Shown: positions 1-9,558 of the stretch, piece after piece | How positions within the stretch are numbered: position 1 is the stretch's first letter | How the letters are laid out: each line of letters begins with the position of its first letter | The notes under the pieces: generated by a model | The model's database searches: none | Told to the model about the DNA's origin: nothing | The model's input: the letters and a program-made list of their open reading frames with translations, nothing else | Translations under genes and position numbers: made by a program | Source: a virus | DNA: 64,000 nt | Reading direction: 5' to 3' (one strand) | Virus record (IMG/VR): IMGVR_UViG_3300032242_003148 | Span: 32,001 to 96,000 of that record

Positions 1-1037
1 GCATTTGTATAAGTCTCTATGATGGTATAGATGTCAAACTCACCACCAAAGTTGAGTTTTTCGTATAGCACATCAAGTAGGTTATCGCCCTCTATGCTGA
101 TGTTCTCATACACAGCTGACTTCTTGGTAAGCATGATATTGTTGATGCTGGCTTTTTCAATTTCGCCGGCCTTTAACTTATTGATTACCAGCAGAGAAGT
201 GTTATTTTGATAATCCTTCTCTATGAACCCTCTGAGCTCATCATACTTACCACGTAGCTTAGGTGGTAGCTTCTTCTCCATTTTCAATCGCATCATCTGC
301 GCTTCTGTGGAGTGTACAAAGCTGTTATTTTTTAGCATTGTGCATAGCTTAGGATGTAGTGATGCCAGCAGATAGATATGCATTGTGTGTATATCTAGCT
401 CATTGGTTATAACAATATATCTTTCCTCTTTACCTGATAGGGAAGTATTTGAGAATCCCAGAATAAAGAATCCTTTATCTAGGTAATCATATATAGCGTC
501 ATCATCACGCCCTATAACAAGTATTTTATTATTTGTATGGGCAGTAGTAACAATCCTATAGGTGTGATTATTCTCCATTACCTCTAGTGGGCTATTCTGA
601 ATAACATAAGGAGTACGGATTGTATCCGGCATGTCCTTTGGAATAAATCTCATGGTTTTGAACCGCTTGGCAAGTTCAGGGCCATTAGCTTTGTTTATCT
701 TTTTAGCAGTTCCCTTCTTTTCAGATTCTCCATACTTTAGGGAATCATAGAATTTATGCCCTGGTGTTCCGGAGTTATTCTTATTTGCGAACAAATTTCC
801 AAGCTCTAGTCCGTTTGTGTTTATTTGTGCTACCTTGGCGTAATTCCATGCAGCTTGAAGTGTTTTGAACTTCAGCTTGTGAATCTTCATGGTGTAGGCA
901 TTATCATGTGGGAATGGCTTACCATGATTCACTTTTTGCCAGTCGATCTCGAATTCCACAGCACCCTCCGCAGGGAATGCTTTTAACTTATTGAATAAAT
1001 TAATGTATGATTTAAATTTTTTAATAGATAGTTCCAT
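1..1037 (-). CDS. Large hypothetical protein, 3'-truncated by the window edge (MELSIKKFKSYINLFNKLK...)
   Basis: ATG at 1037-1035. My manual translation stays open to position 1. Absent from the ORF track because there is no stop in the window. Confidence 0.75.
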   Translation of the reverse strand, partial: MELSIKKFKSYINLFNKLKAFPAEGAVEFEIDWQKVNHGKPFPHDNAYTMKIHKLKFKTLQAAWNYAKVAQINTNGLELGNLFANKNNSGTPGHKFYDSLKYGESEKKGTAKKINKANGPELAKRFKTMRFIPKDMPDTIRTPYVIQNSPLEVMENNHTYRIVTTAHTNNKILVIGRDDDAIYDYLDKGFFILGFSNTSLSGKEERYIVITNELDIHTMHIYLLASLHPKLCTMLKNNSFVHSTEAQMMRLKMEKKLPPKLRGKYDELRGFIEKDYQNNTSLLVINKLKAGEIEKASINNIMLTKKSAVYENISIEGDNLLDVLYEKLNFGGEFDIYTIIETYTN

Positions 1038-1068
1038 GTATGTATATGGTTAGTTGTTTAAAATAGAA

Positions 1069-1100
1069 GTGGGAGAAGGGAAATTAATCCCCTCTCCCAC
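1069..1100 (-). terminator. Hairpin, possible terminator or processing stem after the ubiquitin-like gene
   Basis: gtgggagaaggg-aaattaat-cccctctcccac inverted repeat, followed on the minus strand by TTCTATTTT. Confidence 0.5.
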
Positions 1101-1121
1101 AACATTATTGCCTAACGGCGA

Positions 1122-1385
1122 TTACTTGCTGCCGCCAACAAGAGTTCCAGAAAGAACAATGTTGGTATCCTCAGCTTTACCAAGACGAAGAGCGAGCTTC
1201 TCCTTGTTCTTGTCTGAGGTGACTTCTCCACCATCAAACTCGAAGAGCTGACCGTCGATCCATACCCAGTGGGCGTGTGAGGCCACCTTTTCGGTGATTG
1301 CGGTTACAGCCTGATCCAGGGTCTGGTCAGCGAGTTCAGTGTGTCCGGTGTTATCGGAGATTTTAACGATGTATTTCTTGTCCAT
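1122..1385 (-). CDS. Ubiquitin-like (beta-grasp, ThiS/MoaD-like) small protein
   Basis: 87 aa. Pattern: N-terminal beta-hairpin (YIVKISDNTGHTEL), helix, WVWIDGQ strand, C-terminal IVLSGTLVGG followed by SK. Strong AC-rich leader. Confidence 0.6.
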   Translation of the reverse strand: MDKKYIVKISDNTGHTELADQTLDQAVTAITEKVASHAHWVWIDGQLFEFDGGEVTSDKNKEKLALRLGKAEDTNIVLSGTLVGGSK

Positions 1386-1432
1386 ATGTGTATATGTTGT
1401 TTGTTGTTTGTGTTGTTTACCGAATTACTAAC

Positions 1433-2164
1433 TTACTTCTGCCCAAAAAGCGCCTGAGCAACGACGTGTAGGTTCTCTAGATAGCCTGCATCGATAATCC
1501 TATCGATATAGCTCTTTCCAGAGTAGTTCTTAGCTTTACCCAATCCGATCTCCTCCAAGGTATAACCCTGTTTGCCTAGCTCGATGCGCATAATGCGATC
1601 AAACTGTGCATAGAGTGCCTTGTAGGTATTACGATGATCTTCACGGTCACTTGCCTGAACCTGTTCAGGGGTTAAACCCTTCATCTCGATCTGGCGCATG
1701 GCTTCCTTGTGGACCAACTTGTTGATCTCATCCTTGAGATTACGCTTTAACGTTTCCTCAGGTGATGTGATGTGACTACGCACGGCATCAACAGTGAGCT
1801 TTGGCATCACTGGTTGAGCTTTTGGAATATCCGCTTCAATTTGAGGGATTTCTTTTTGCGCTTCTAGACTCGCACCCTGGGTAGGGTTAACACCCTTGAA
1901 GGTGTAACCCGCTGTGGTTGCGGATTTCTTGATTGGTGTTGGACCGCAAGATGCATTGTATAGATGCACGTTATTGGCCAACACAAACTGGCGATTACGT
2001 GTAACACCATCAATGGTAACGCGTTCTGTGAAGATTGCGTTTTCCTTTTTGAAGGCATTAACAGGAGTCATTCCGGCGTGTTCAACAAGATCACTCACGC
2101 AATATGCGGGGTGTCCGTTGACTGTGGCTGTTCTCAGGTTTGCTGTGTTTATAGGTACTTTCAT
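1433..2164 (-). CDS. BRO-N / antirepressor-like DNA-binding protein
   Basis: N-terminus LRTATVNGHPAYCVSDLVEHAGM resembles BRO-N, then a low-complexity linker and a helical antirepressor-like C-terminus. Confidence 0.5.
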   Translation of the reverse strand: MKVPINTANLRTATVNGHPAYCVSDLVEHAGMTPVNAFKKENAIFTERVTIDGVTRNRQFVLANNVHLYNASCGPTPIKKSATTAGYTFKGVNPTQGASLEAQKEIPQIEADIPKAQPVMPKLTVDAVRSHITSPEETLKRNLKDEINKLVHKEAMRQIEMKGLTPEQVQASDREDHRNTYKALYAQFDRIMRIELGKQGYTLEEIGLGKAKNYSGKSYIDRIIDAGYLENLHVVAQALFGQK

Positions 2165-2219
2165 GTGTGCTGTTTTGTTGCGTCCGGCCCATATGGGTGG
2201 ACTTTGTTTTCTGCTATTC

Positions 2220-2954
2220 CTATTTGTGTATAGGAAATTGTATATGCCTCAACTTACCCGTTTTAAGGGGTCTGTCAATGCATGCCCTGCATCTACTGCA
2301 GGCACCGTAATCTTTTGTACTCTTGGTCTGCTTGTTAACAGCAGGACAAGATAGATACTCTCTATCGTTTAAAAGTTCTTCTGGAAAGGTATCACCCATC
2401 CAAGCAATAGCCACATTAGGATAATCCCTGTATGGCTCGTATGCTTTTAGAACTTGTTTTATATTAACAGGGTCACAACTCAGATATATGGATAAGTTCT
2501 TAACCTCTGCTAGGATAGGTATGGCGAATAGAGACCTGGTATACCCCCAGAATCTAGTATTCGGCCATTCCTTCATAACATGGGCCCAAGCTCTTGCGTA
2601 GACTTCGTTAAAGAAATCTCCTCCCATATGCAGCCTGAAGAACTGCTTGGTGTTTCCACCGCCCAATAAAAACTTCAGTACTGTGTTTCTTATTATCTCC
2701 ACCATAAGAGGATAATCAGCTTTCAATATGATGTTGGTATTGTGATCCTCCACCTTTTGATAGTTCTTGTATATCCTGCTTGTGGTACAAGCATAACAAA
2801 CATCCTCACAACCCTCATCTCCACCTGTGGCTCCTGGACAAGTACCACCTCGTTCTGGTTTACCGGTTTTGAGTCCGAATGTGTTTTTATGGTTTTTGTG
2901 AAACCTTGTTTTCCTGTTCTCTGATAACTTAAAGCTTAATAGGCTGTTTAGCAT
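2220..2954 (-). CDS. GP88-family (radical-SAM-like, Cys-rich) phage protein
   Basis: TCPGAT..C...CYA, FRLHMGGDF, FWGYTRS and C-terminal CPA...CSRCRAC motifs. Confidence 0.75.
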   Translation of the reverse strand: MLNSLLSFKLSENRKTRFHKNHKNTFGLKTGKPERGGTCPGATGGDEGCEDVCYACTTSRIYKNYQKVEDHNTNIILKADYPLMVEIIRNTVLKFLLGGGNTKQFFRLHMGGDFFNEVYARAWAHVMKEWPNTRFWGYTRSLFAIPILAEVKNLSIYLSCDPVNIKQVLKAYEPYRDYPNVAIAWMGDTFPEELLNDREYLSCPAVNKQTKSTKDYGACSRCRACIDRPLKTGKLRHIQFPIHK

Positions 2955-3157
2955 TAGAAGTATGTGTGTTCTTTTATGTCCTCCCTACTATTTACATACC
3001 CGCCAAAACTTTCGAATTGGCAGGTGTTGCACATAGTAACTTGGTATTCTTTGCCTTTGTCATTTGTGCCCTCCCACGTGGAAACATTTCTGCTCCCGCA
3101 GCAAGGACAATCTCCATCGGCTTCGCTTGTGTATATTGTTTTTCTTTTGATTGGCAT
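2954..3157 (-). CDS. Small Zn-ribbon protein
   Basis: CPCCGS...CNTC. Start re-assigned to the ATG at 3157 in a TAATATG junction with the polymerase stop. Confidence 0.6.
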   Translation of the reverse strand: MPIKRKTIYTSEADGDCPCCGSRNVSTWEGTNDKGKEYQVTMCNTCQFESFGGYVNSREDIKEHTYF

Positions 3158-3158
3158 A

Positions 3159-5846
3159 TTAATGGCTCCAGTCCCATGATTGGGTCTGATTGTTCCAAAC
3201 TGTTTCTTTCTCGAAGAATTTCTTCTTACCTTTCCATCTGTCACTAACAACTAACTCACAACCTAGTTTATCTCCTGTGGCGATTCTTGTGTAATCACAG
3301 AAGACATGTCTTAGTATCTCAGGAAGATAGTTATCTTTCATAAGATCTTTGTGAGCAATCCAGTAGTTAGCATCATGTACCACATTAACAGGATAAATAT
3401 ATTTCATCCAGAGGCCCTCACTCTTTAGGAATTTTCTGATGTTCACAGAAGCATACCACATGAACAACGCCAATTCAGAAGCCACAGGAAAAGCTAAACT
3501 CTCATTCAGCCAACCTGCCTTGATTCCGAAATTGTCTGTTTTTTCATATGATAACTGCATACCTCTGGCATTAGATATTCTTTCGTAAGCGTTAACCTCA
3601 GCATTACATTCTTCTCTATACCCCATGTATGTACTATATCTCTTCCAGGTTTCCAAAGCATATTGAATCAGCTCTAGCGGAACATGTAATCCGTTTTCAG
3701 CGTAGATCTCAGCCTGAATAGGAATTGCGGCATAGTCCAGCCCTGCAGTATAAGAAACACGAAATGTGATACTCTTTGCGATAACATATTTAGAAACATC
3801 TTTCTTGGATAACCCAGGGTCTTGGAAGTATTCTCGCATCTTGGTTTGATGGAAATTTCCTGCCCTGATATCCTTGATAAACGCTTCATCCTTGCTAAGG
3901 AATGCCATAATTGCAAGGTCTGCACCTGCAATGTCTAGCTCTACCCAATGATAATCCTGACTACCGGAGTAGAATATATTCCTGATGTTGTCTGGTAGCT
4001 TACTGTTGTGATTAGCTTGTTCATCCTTGGTCATTAATGAATAACCAGGTACGAAGATATTAGGGATGTGAGCCAACACCTTTGATGCAGGATTTTGGAC
4101 GTTTGGAGAGCTAGATGCTCGGAAGTTTTTAAGAAGCTCAAAGAAGCTTGCATGTACTCTTCCGTCATTAGCAATCGCCGCCCAATAACTCTGCTTTAGT
4201 GGTTCATCATCATCGCCATCCTCTAACTCTGATTCATCCATGACCACACCTTTCTTGGATAAGAACTTAGTAGCGAATACTCCTATTCTGGAAATATTCA
4301 ACAATAGTTCTACCGCCTTGTGCTTGACTTTTAGATCTTCAGAGTCGTTCTCCTCCATATCCTCCTCTAGTTCGAACTTGATGGTGGATAGGGATTTACC
4401 ATTTGTGCTAGGTGAGAATAGCCTTTGTGTTTGGGGGCTCTGCTTCTCGTACCATACTCTAGGCTTTGGTGACTTTCCTGCTTTTGTATAGTATGCAGGA
4501 GGTAACGCCAAAGTACTGAATAAGAATTCTTTCTTTTGCAGTGAAGAGTTAGGATTGAACCCCTTGATACCAAAGTGGTTATCCATAAAGGTATCCATCT
4601 CCTCTCTCAAGCTGTTATATTTATTCAAATATTTATCAGTGATCTCATTTAATACATCAAGGTCTATGGGTATGCCGGTAAGCTCCATATCCAGGAAGTA
4701 ATTTGTGAGAGGTAGATAAACACCGTCATAATAACCCTTTAGCTCTTTTGGGAAACCCTCACGCATTCTTAAACACGCTTCACGATGAGCCACAGCATCA
4801 CCAGCACAATAATGATAATATGTGTCAGGTTCAAAGAACTTCATCTTTGCTAATGCTGCCTTTGGCAACTTATGCTCTTTCATCTTACGATAGAAAGGAA
4901 CATAGTATGGCTCATAGTTAGTAAACTTCTTAATGCCTGTTTCTAGGCCCTTGGCCATTCTAGAGTCAAAGAAAGCCACTGCCTTCATACCATCAAACCC
5001 TAGAGTCTCATCCGCTAGTTTAAACCCTCTATAGGTCAACCTGATATCGTCAGCGCGTATATTCCAGCCTAGCCTATCTGCTTTAGGATGCTCTAGAATA
5101 AGCTTCATGGTATCTAGTAGCTCACGGTTCTCTGTTACACCATCCTTGGATATGTTAAGAACCACGGCCACATGCTTTTCGCAAGAGTATTGAAACTCAT
5201 ACATCACCTCGTCATCAGTGAACTTACTCCCATACCACTCAGCATCATAACCAATAGAAAACATTTCCCTGGATATATAGTCTTTTAGTATGGCTATATT
5301 CTCTTCAGGACTATCCACTATCTTGTATGTATACTCTTGGTACTGGAGATTATTATCCACTGCTTTTTTGGCTAGCATGAATATATCTCTAAACTCAGGA
5401 CGTTTTGTAGGGTCCTGAACTGTGACCATTCCTGGTGAATAATTAGCTAGTAGCTTACCGTATGGGGAATCTATGATTTCGCCGAGGTAGTCTCCTACCT
5501 TCATATTGGTTTTCATGATTCTCTTGAATACTTCAGCGCCTAGACTAATGATTAGCTGTGGTTTGATTTCTTCTATCTCCTTATCCAGCTTTTCACTCCA
5601 GAATTCTATATCTTCTGCTGGTGGCTTTGGCTTGCTACCTATGCCATTTCTTACCATAGCAGTGAAGTAGCATTCTTCTACTGGTATCTCTGCCTCTTCC
5701 AGGGCATCTAATACTTCGTTGGCTGATCCCCCAGACCTACCAAAATGAGCAACCTGAAGGTCGTCCTTGGTGGGATGGGAGAATACGATCATATATTTCG
5801 CCCCCGGTCCTCCTCTGGGTTTTACTTCTACTTTTGTGTCGCTCAT
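3159..5846 (-). CDS. polA: Family A DNA polymerase with N-terminal uracil-DNA-glycosylase-like domain and 3'-5' exonuclease (SPO1-type architecture)
   Basis: UDG-4-like N-terminus (EIEEIKPQLIISLG). ExoI YDAEW, ExoII WNIRADD, ExoIII YCAGDA. Pol motifs A (ELDIAGADL), B (AKSITFRVSY), C (VVHDA). Confidence 0.9.
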   Translation of the reverse strand: MSDTKVEVKPRGGPGAKYMIVFSHPTKDDLQVAHFGRSGGSANEVLDALEEAEIPVEECYFTAMVRNGIGSKPKPPAEDIEFWSEKLDKEIEEIKPQLIISLGAEVFKRIMKTNMKVGDYLGEIIDSPYGKLLANYSPGMVTVQDPTKRPEFRDIFMLAKKAVDNNLQYQEYTYKIVDSPEENIAILKDYISREMFSIGYDAEWYGSKFTDDEVMYEFQYSCEKHVAVVLNISKDGVTENRELLDTMKLILEHPKADRLGWNIRADDIRLTYRGFKLADETLGFDGMKAVAFFDSRMAKGLETGIKKFTNYEPYYVPFYRKMKEHKLPKAALAKMKFFEPDTYYHYCAGDAVAHREACLRMREGFPKELKGYYDGVYLPLTNYFLDMELTGIPIDLDVLNEITDKYLNKYNSLREEMDTFMDNHFGIKGFNPNSSLQKKEFLFSTLALPPAYYTKAGKSPKPRVWYEKQSPQTQRLFSPSTNGKSLSTIKFELEEDMEENDSEDLKVKHKAVELLLNISRIGVFATKFLSKKGVVMDESELEDGDDDEPLKQSYWAAIANDGRVHASFFELLKNFRASSSPNVQNPASKVLAHIPNIFVPGYSLMTKDEQANHNSKLPDNIRNIFYSGSQDYHWVELDIAGADLAIMAFLSKDEAFIKDIRAGNFHQTKMREYFQDPGLSKKDVSKYVIAKSITFRVSYTAGLDYAAIPIQAEIYAENGLHVPLELIQYALETWKRYSTYMGYREECNAEVNAYERISNARGMQLSYEKTDNFGIKAGWLNESLAFPVASELALFMWYASVNIRKFLKSEGLWMKYIYPVNVVHDANYWIAHKDLMKDNYLPEILRHVFCDYTRIATGDKLGCELVVSDRWKGKKKFFEKETVWNNQTQSWDWSH

Positions 5847-5854
5847 GTGTTTTA

Positions 5855-6082
5855 TTATTTTTCTAAATCTATACCTGTGGATGGTTCATCGTATTCATAT
5901 CCAAGATGCGCTCCATCCGGCAAGCTATACCCAAGAGCCAACAAGAATCTTTCAAATGATTCTATGGCTTCGGGTAGCAGGGCATCAGTAAACATATTAA
6001 AATGTACTGTGGTGTGCGGGGCAGTCATCCAAGATGGTGTTGTTACTGTGAATGTGTGTTGTCTTTTCTCATTGTTCGTCAT
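5855..6082 (-). CDS. Hypothetical protein
   Basis: 75 aa from the ATG at 6082, packed in the operon. Confidence 0.6.
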   Translation of the reverse strand: MTNNEKRQHTFTVTTPSWMTAPHTTVHFNMFTDALLPEAIESFERFLLALGYSLPDGAHLGYEYDEPSTGIDLEK

Positions 6083-6617
6083 ATTCGTCGTAATCTTCTT
6101 GTTTTGGTAGTTCCCCGAAAAGATTAAGCATGATATTTCCAAATATTCCTATGTCATTAGTAATATCTAGCCCTGCTTCTCTCCAGCTCACTCCTGTGAA
6201 TTTGTTTTCTGTTTTCTCGTACACCACGCCTTTTTCTACCTTTAGGCATAGGTGGGGCTCTATAGAGCTATCGAATACTCTAGGATAGTTTACATTCATG
6301 CTCTCATCAGAGCTGTCCATGAATAACCCACCTATCTTTCTTTCTGAAATGATTTCATAATCATCCCTACCCAACTGGCATGAGAATCTTATTAGATCTT
6401 TTCCGTGTGTGTCTGAATAAGATGCTGATACTAGATAAACCGCGTCAAAACTCCTGGATAAGCATGTATACTTTCCGAACGTATATTTCATGTCGAAGGG
6501 ATGTTTCCCTACGACTTCATTATCCAAGAAGTCAAAGACTCCCAAGACAATATAGTCCTTTGTATGGTTAGCTTTTCCAAGAGCAAAGAATATACTATCT
6601 TGGGAGTGTATTTGCAT
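6069..6617 (-). CDS. Hypothetical protein
   Basis: 182 aa ORF, TAATG overlap with the helicase stop. Confidence 0.7.
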   Translation of the reverse strand: MQIHSQDSIFFALGKANHTKDYIVLGVFDFLDNEVVGKHPFDMKYTFGKYTCLSRSFDAVYLVSASYSDTHGKDLIRFSCQLGRDDYEIISERKIGGLFMDSSDESMNVNYPRVFDSSIEPHLCLKVEKGVVYEKTENKFTGVSWREAGLDITNDIGIFGNIMLNLFGELPKQEDYDEYDEQ

Positions 6618-8044
6618 TACATGAATTTACCGTTAGGGGAAGGAAGTAACTCCTCCTTTTCAGGTATGTTCTTGAAACTTGTTTGTTTTGATTTTTTGTT
6701 TTTCTTACCTGTGAGTTTAGGCACAAGTTCGAGTTCGATTTGTTCTCTTGCTTCTCCTCCAACATCTGCGGTATCAAACCTCATGAATTCCATATTGGCT
6801 CTGTGAGGTACAAAGAAGTTCTTGGTATGCCTAGACTTCAGAGAAAAGATATTTGCTATCTTTGCATCTGGACTGTCCTTACCTATACCAACAACTATAT
6901 CTGCAGGTTTGATAACACCCTTGAATCCGGATATTTCAGCGTTACTGAAGTGTCCTTTCATTTTTCCTGTGGCCTGGTGAAGTAACCACACAGAGAATTT
7001 ATGTTCTCCTAGGATTAGATGGTTAGAAAGCTCCTCTACCTCAAAAGAGATAGTCTCGTATTTCTGCCATTGAGCATCGTAGGTTTTGGACGGTTCCATA
7101 TAGTCCATCTGGTCTATATACACAACCTCAGGAATAAACCCTGACTTTTCCGCTTCTCTGTCCAAGAAGTTTGCTATATCTTTGGCGGTTTCAACATCAC
7201 TATCTTTCATGTTAATAACTCTGATATTTGCCATCACCTCTTTCTCGTCGTTAGTCATATCATGCCATTTACTCATTACCTCAGACTGAGCAATAGCTTT
7301 TCCATGGTGTAGATCAGAATAGCTCACATGAAAGTAGTTTGCATATATTCTGGCGAATATAGGCTCTTTTGGTTCTTCCATGCTTAGGAACATAACCTTG
7401 TAACCTAGCTTTGCTGCTTCTATTGCTGAGTGTATTGCCATTGCGGTTTTACCCCCACCAGAATAACCAAGGATTATTCCGTATTCCTGTACACCTAATC
7501 CCTTGATTATAGCGTCGATATCCTTGAATCCTGTTGGGAACGTTTTCTTATGCTCGGCGAATATAGGACGCTCAAAAGGATTGAATGTCATCTCTTCTCC
7601 ATTACTAGATGCATTTTTGAAATCAAATACTAATGAGTTCAAACTGGCAGCTACTGAGTCAGCATCTTTGGTATCACCCCTGAGGATAGCCCCAAATCTT
7701 CTGGCTTTTAACATTTTCGGCAAGTGCTCTATTATATAATCAGAATTCAATGGATCATCATTATAGATATACCCATGAAAATCCCCTATCTGCTCTTGCT
7801 GTCCTTGGCTTATCTTGCCATTAGTAATTGCCTCTTTCAACTTGATAAGCATGAGCTTAGGATTGATAGGCGCCTCATTAACATCCAGGGCTATTTGTAT
7901 GAATGCTCTGTATACATCCACACCTCCTAGATCTTCTGGGACTATTTTTAAGCTTTTGGCTAGGTTGAATACTTTTGCATCTCTTACGATATGCTTTATA
8001 ACCAACTCCATGAAGTCACCGTCTTGATATATATCATTAATCAT
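6617..8044 (-). CDS. dnaB: Replicative DNA helicase, DnaB/gp41-like
   Basis: Walker A GYSGGGKT, FLSMEE, Walker B VYIDQMD, LLHQ, ADIVVGI, KSRH arginine finger. Confidence 0.88.
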   Translation of the reverse strand: MINDIYQDGDFMELVIKHIVRDAKVFNLAKSLKIVPEDLGGVDVYRAFIQIALDVNEAPINPKLMLIKLKEAITNGKISQGQQEQIGDFHGYIYNDDPLNSDYIIEHLPKMLKARRFGAILRGDTKDADSVAASLNSLVFDFKNASSNGEEMTFNPFERPIFAEHKKTFPTGFKDIDAIIKGLGVQEYGIILGYSGGGKTAMAIHSAIEAAKLGYKVMFLSMEEPKEPIFARIYANYFHVSYSDLHHGKAIAQSEVMSKWHDMTNDEKEVMANIRVINMKDSDVETAKDIANFLDREAEKSGFIPEVVYIDQMDYMEPSKTYDAQWQKYETISFEVEELSNHLILGEHKFSVWLLHQATGKMKGHFSNAEISGFKGVIKPADIVVGIGKDSPDAKIANIFSLKSRHTKNFFVPHRANMEFMRFDTADVGGEAREQIELELVPKLTGKKNKKSKQTSFKNIPEKEELLPSPNGKFM

Positions 8045-8583
8045 ATTATTCTATTAACCGACAAGTTTTGTTCACGAAGAAAGGCAACCAGCTCAGGTGA
8101 AGCTTCTTTCTTCGCTGTTTCACTATATAACCTGATAATTTCAGGGACCGGTTCTTTGGTGGCGAGTATTCTAAACCAAGCATAGAAGCTCAGCCTGGGG
8201 TTCAATAATGTCTCTATAGGATCTTTTCCTAAGTCAACAACATGTCTCCTAAGCATTTCTTTCTGATGCTCGTATAGATCTGATGGGTGTACGCAATATT
8301 CCTTGCTGTATGTGAGTGCCGCCTGATTTCCAGAAGCCGATCCAAAATAACTAGGATAGAAATTTTCCTGGTGACCACTCAGGCTTTGAAACAACCCCAT
8401 TGCATATTGCTCTGGTGTTATTCTTTGAAGTTTGCAGAATTCTGCAGCTTTCTTGAATGCCTTATCGTGGGCGGGAGTACTGTTGTATAAGTAGTGGGAT
8501 TGCACCAAGCCACGTAAACGAACATACTCATTCTCTATCCGAGTTTTTAATTCTTGAATTTGTGGATCACCTATTTGTTCCAT
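8041..8583 (-). CDS. Hypothetical protein between primase and helicase
   Basis: 180 aa, overlaps both neighbours. Confidence 0.7.
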   Translation of the reverse strand: MEQIGDPQIQELKTRIENEYVRLRGLVQSHYLYNSTPAHDKAFKKAAEFCKLQRITPEQYAMGLFQSLSGHQENFYPSYFGSASGNQAALTYSKEYCVHPSDLYEHQKEMLRRHVVDLGKDPIETLLNPRLSFYAWFRILATKEPVPEIIRLYSETAKKEASPELVAFLREQNLSVNRII

Positions 8584-9494
8584 AATGATGTGACGATATT
8601 GTTTAATTCCTCTGTTGTAGCTTCATCGGGAGAATCAAAGCCATAATCTCTAGGATCAACATTAATACACTGACGGCCGTTGATCCTAAACTCTTCTGCC
8701 AACTCCCTGGCCTTTTCTTGGGTATTGTCTTCGCCATCGAGGATCAATGTAATCTTCTTCCATTCTTGAATCAACTGTTTTTGCGTGTGTGATATACCTT
8801 TCCCTAAAGTAGCAACAGCGTTCATTGCCTTTAATGCCTTCTTAGCTCCTTCAACCACAATAACATGTGGATGATGCAGCTTGGCATTATCGTAGTTGAA
8901 TAAATAATTGCCTTTGGGGAAAAGATGAAGGTATCTCATGAACTGAAAACGGTCTCCGTTGAAAGTTCCTGGGATAAATCTAATCTGCCAGCCAACATAT
9001 TCTCCCCTGTGAAATATAGGAAAGTGTATGCTCTCTGCTGTGTTGATCTTTGTTCCTGAGTCGAACGTTAGGTTTGTGCCTCCGTCTGCAGGTATATATC
9101 CTACACCTATAGAGGCATAGTAATTAAAATTTGTAAGATGATCTTTCTTTAGAAATTGTATAGCCGGATGATCTTCTGCTAACGAACTAAAGTCCTGCAG
9201 CTTTGTATATGGAGGAGTTTTAGCATATGGATAATTTTGTTCATCATTAACCCCTGTCTCAGGAGCTGCTGACTCAAAACTGAAGTTGTCTCCCTTGAGT
9301 AGCTCGCTTACTTTCAATAGCTCACCACAGATAAAGCAGTTACTCACAGCCCATCCAGGAGAGATATAACGCTTCATCTTTTTAGCGTTCTTTGCCTCAC
9401 AGGTGGGGCAATTAACTCTGTAACTACCACCACTTACTCCTTTGGCTTTTCCAAATCTTTCTTTTAATAATTTGAGTACGTAGGTATTTACCAT
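8571..9494 (-). CDS. DNA primase (Zn-binding + TOPRIM)
   Basis: CPTC...CFIC Zn finger, FPIFHRGEYVGWQIR, LFNYD, VVEG, ATLGK, LILDGED. Confidence 0.85.
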   Translation of the reverse strand: MVNTYVLKLLKERFGKAKGVSGGSYRVNCPTCEAKNAKKMKRYISPGWAVSNCFICGELLKVSELLKGDNFSFESAAPETGVNDEQNYPYAKTPPYTKLQDFSSLAEDHPAIQFLKKDHLTNFNYYASIGVGYIPADGGTNLTFDSGTKINTAESIHFPIFHRGEYVGWQIRFIPGTFNGDRFQFMRYLHLFPKGNYLFNYDNAKLHHPHVIVVEGAKKALKAMNAVATLGKGISHTQKQLIQEWKKITLILDGEDNTQEKARELAEEFRINGRQCINVDPRDYGFDSPDEATTEELNNIVTSLWNK

Positions 9495-9508
9495 GTTGTG
9501 TGTTTGAA

Positions 9509-9540
9509 AAGGGTGTGATGGAAATTACTCCACCACACCA
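9509..9540 (-). terminator. Hairpin plus U-tract downstream of the SF2 helicase
   Basis: ggtgtg(a)tgga...tccaccacacc inverted repeat next to aaaa (TTTT on the minus strand). Confidence 0.45.
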
Positions 9541-9558
9541 CGTATTGTCAAATGAAGT

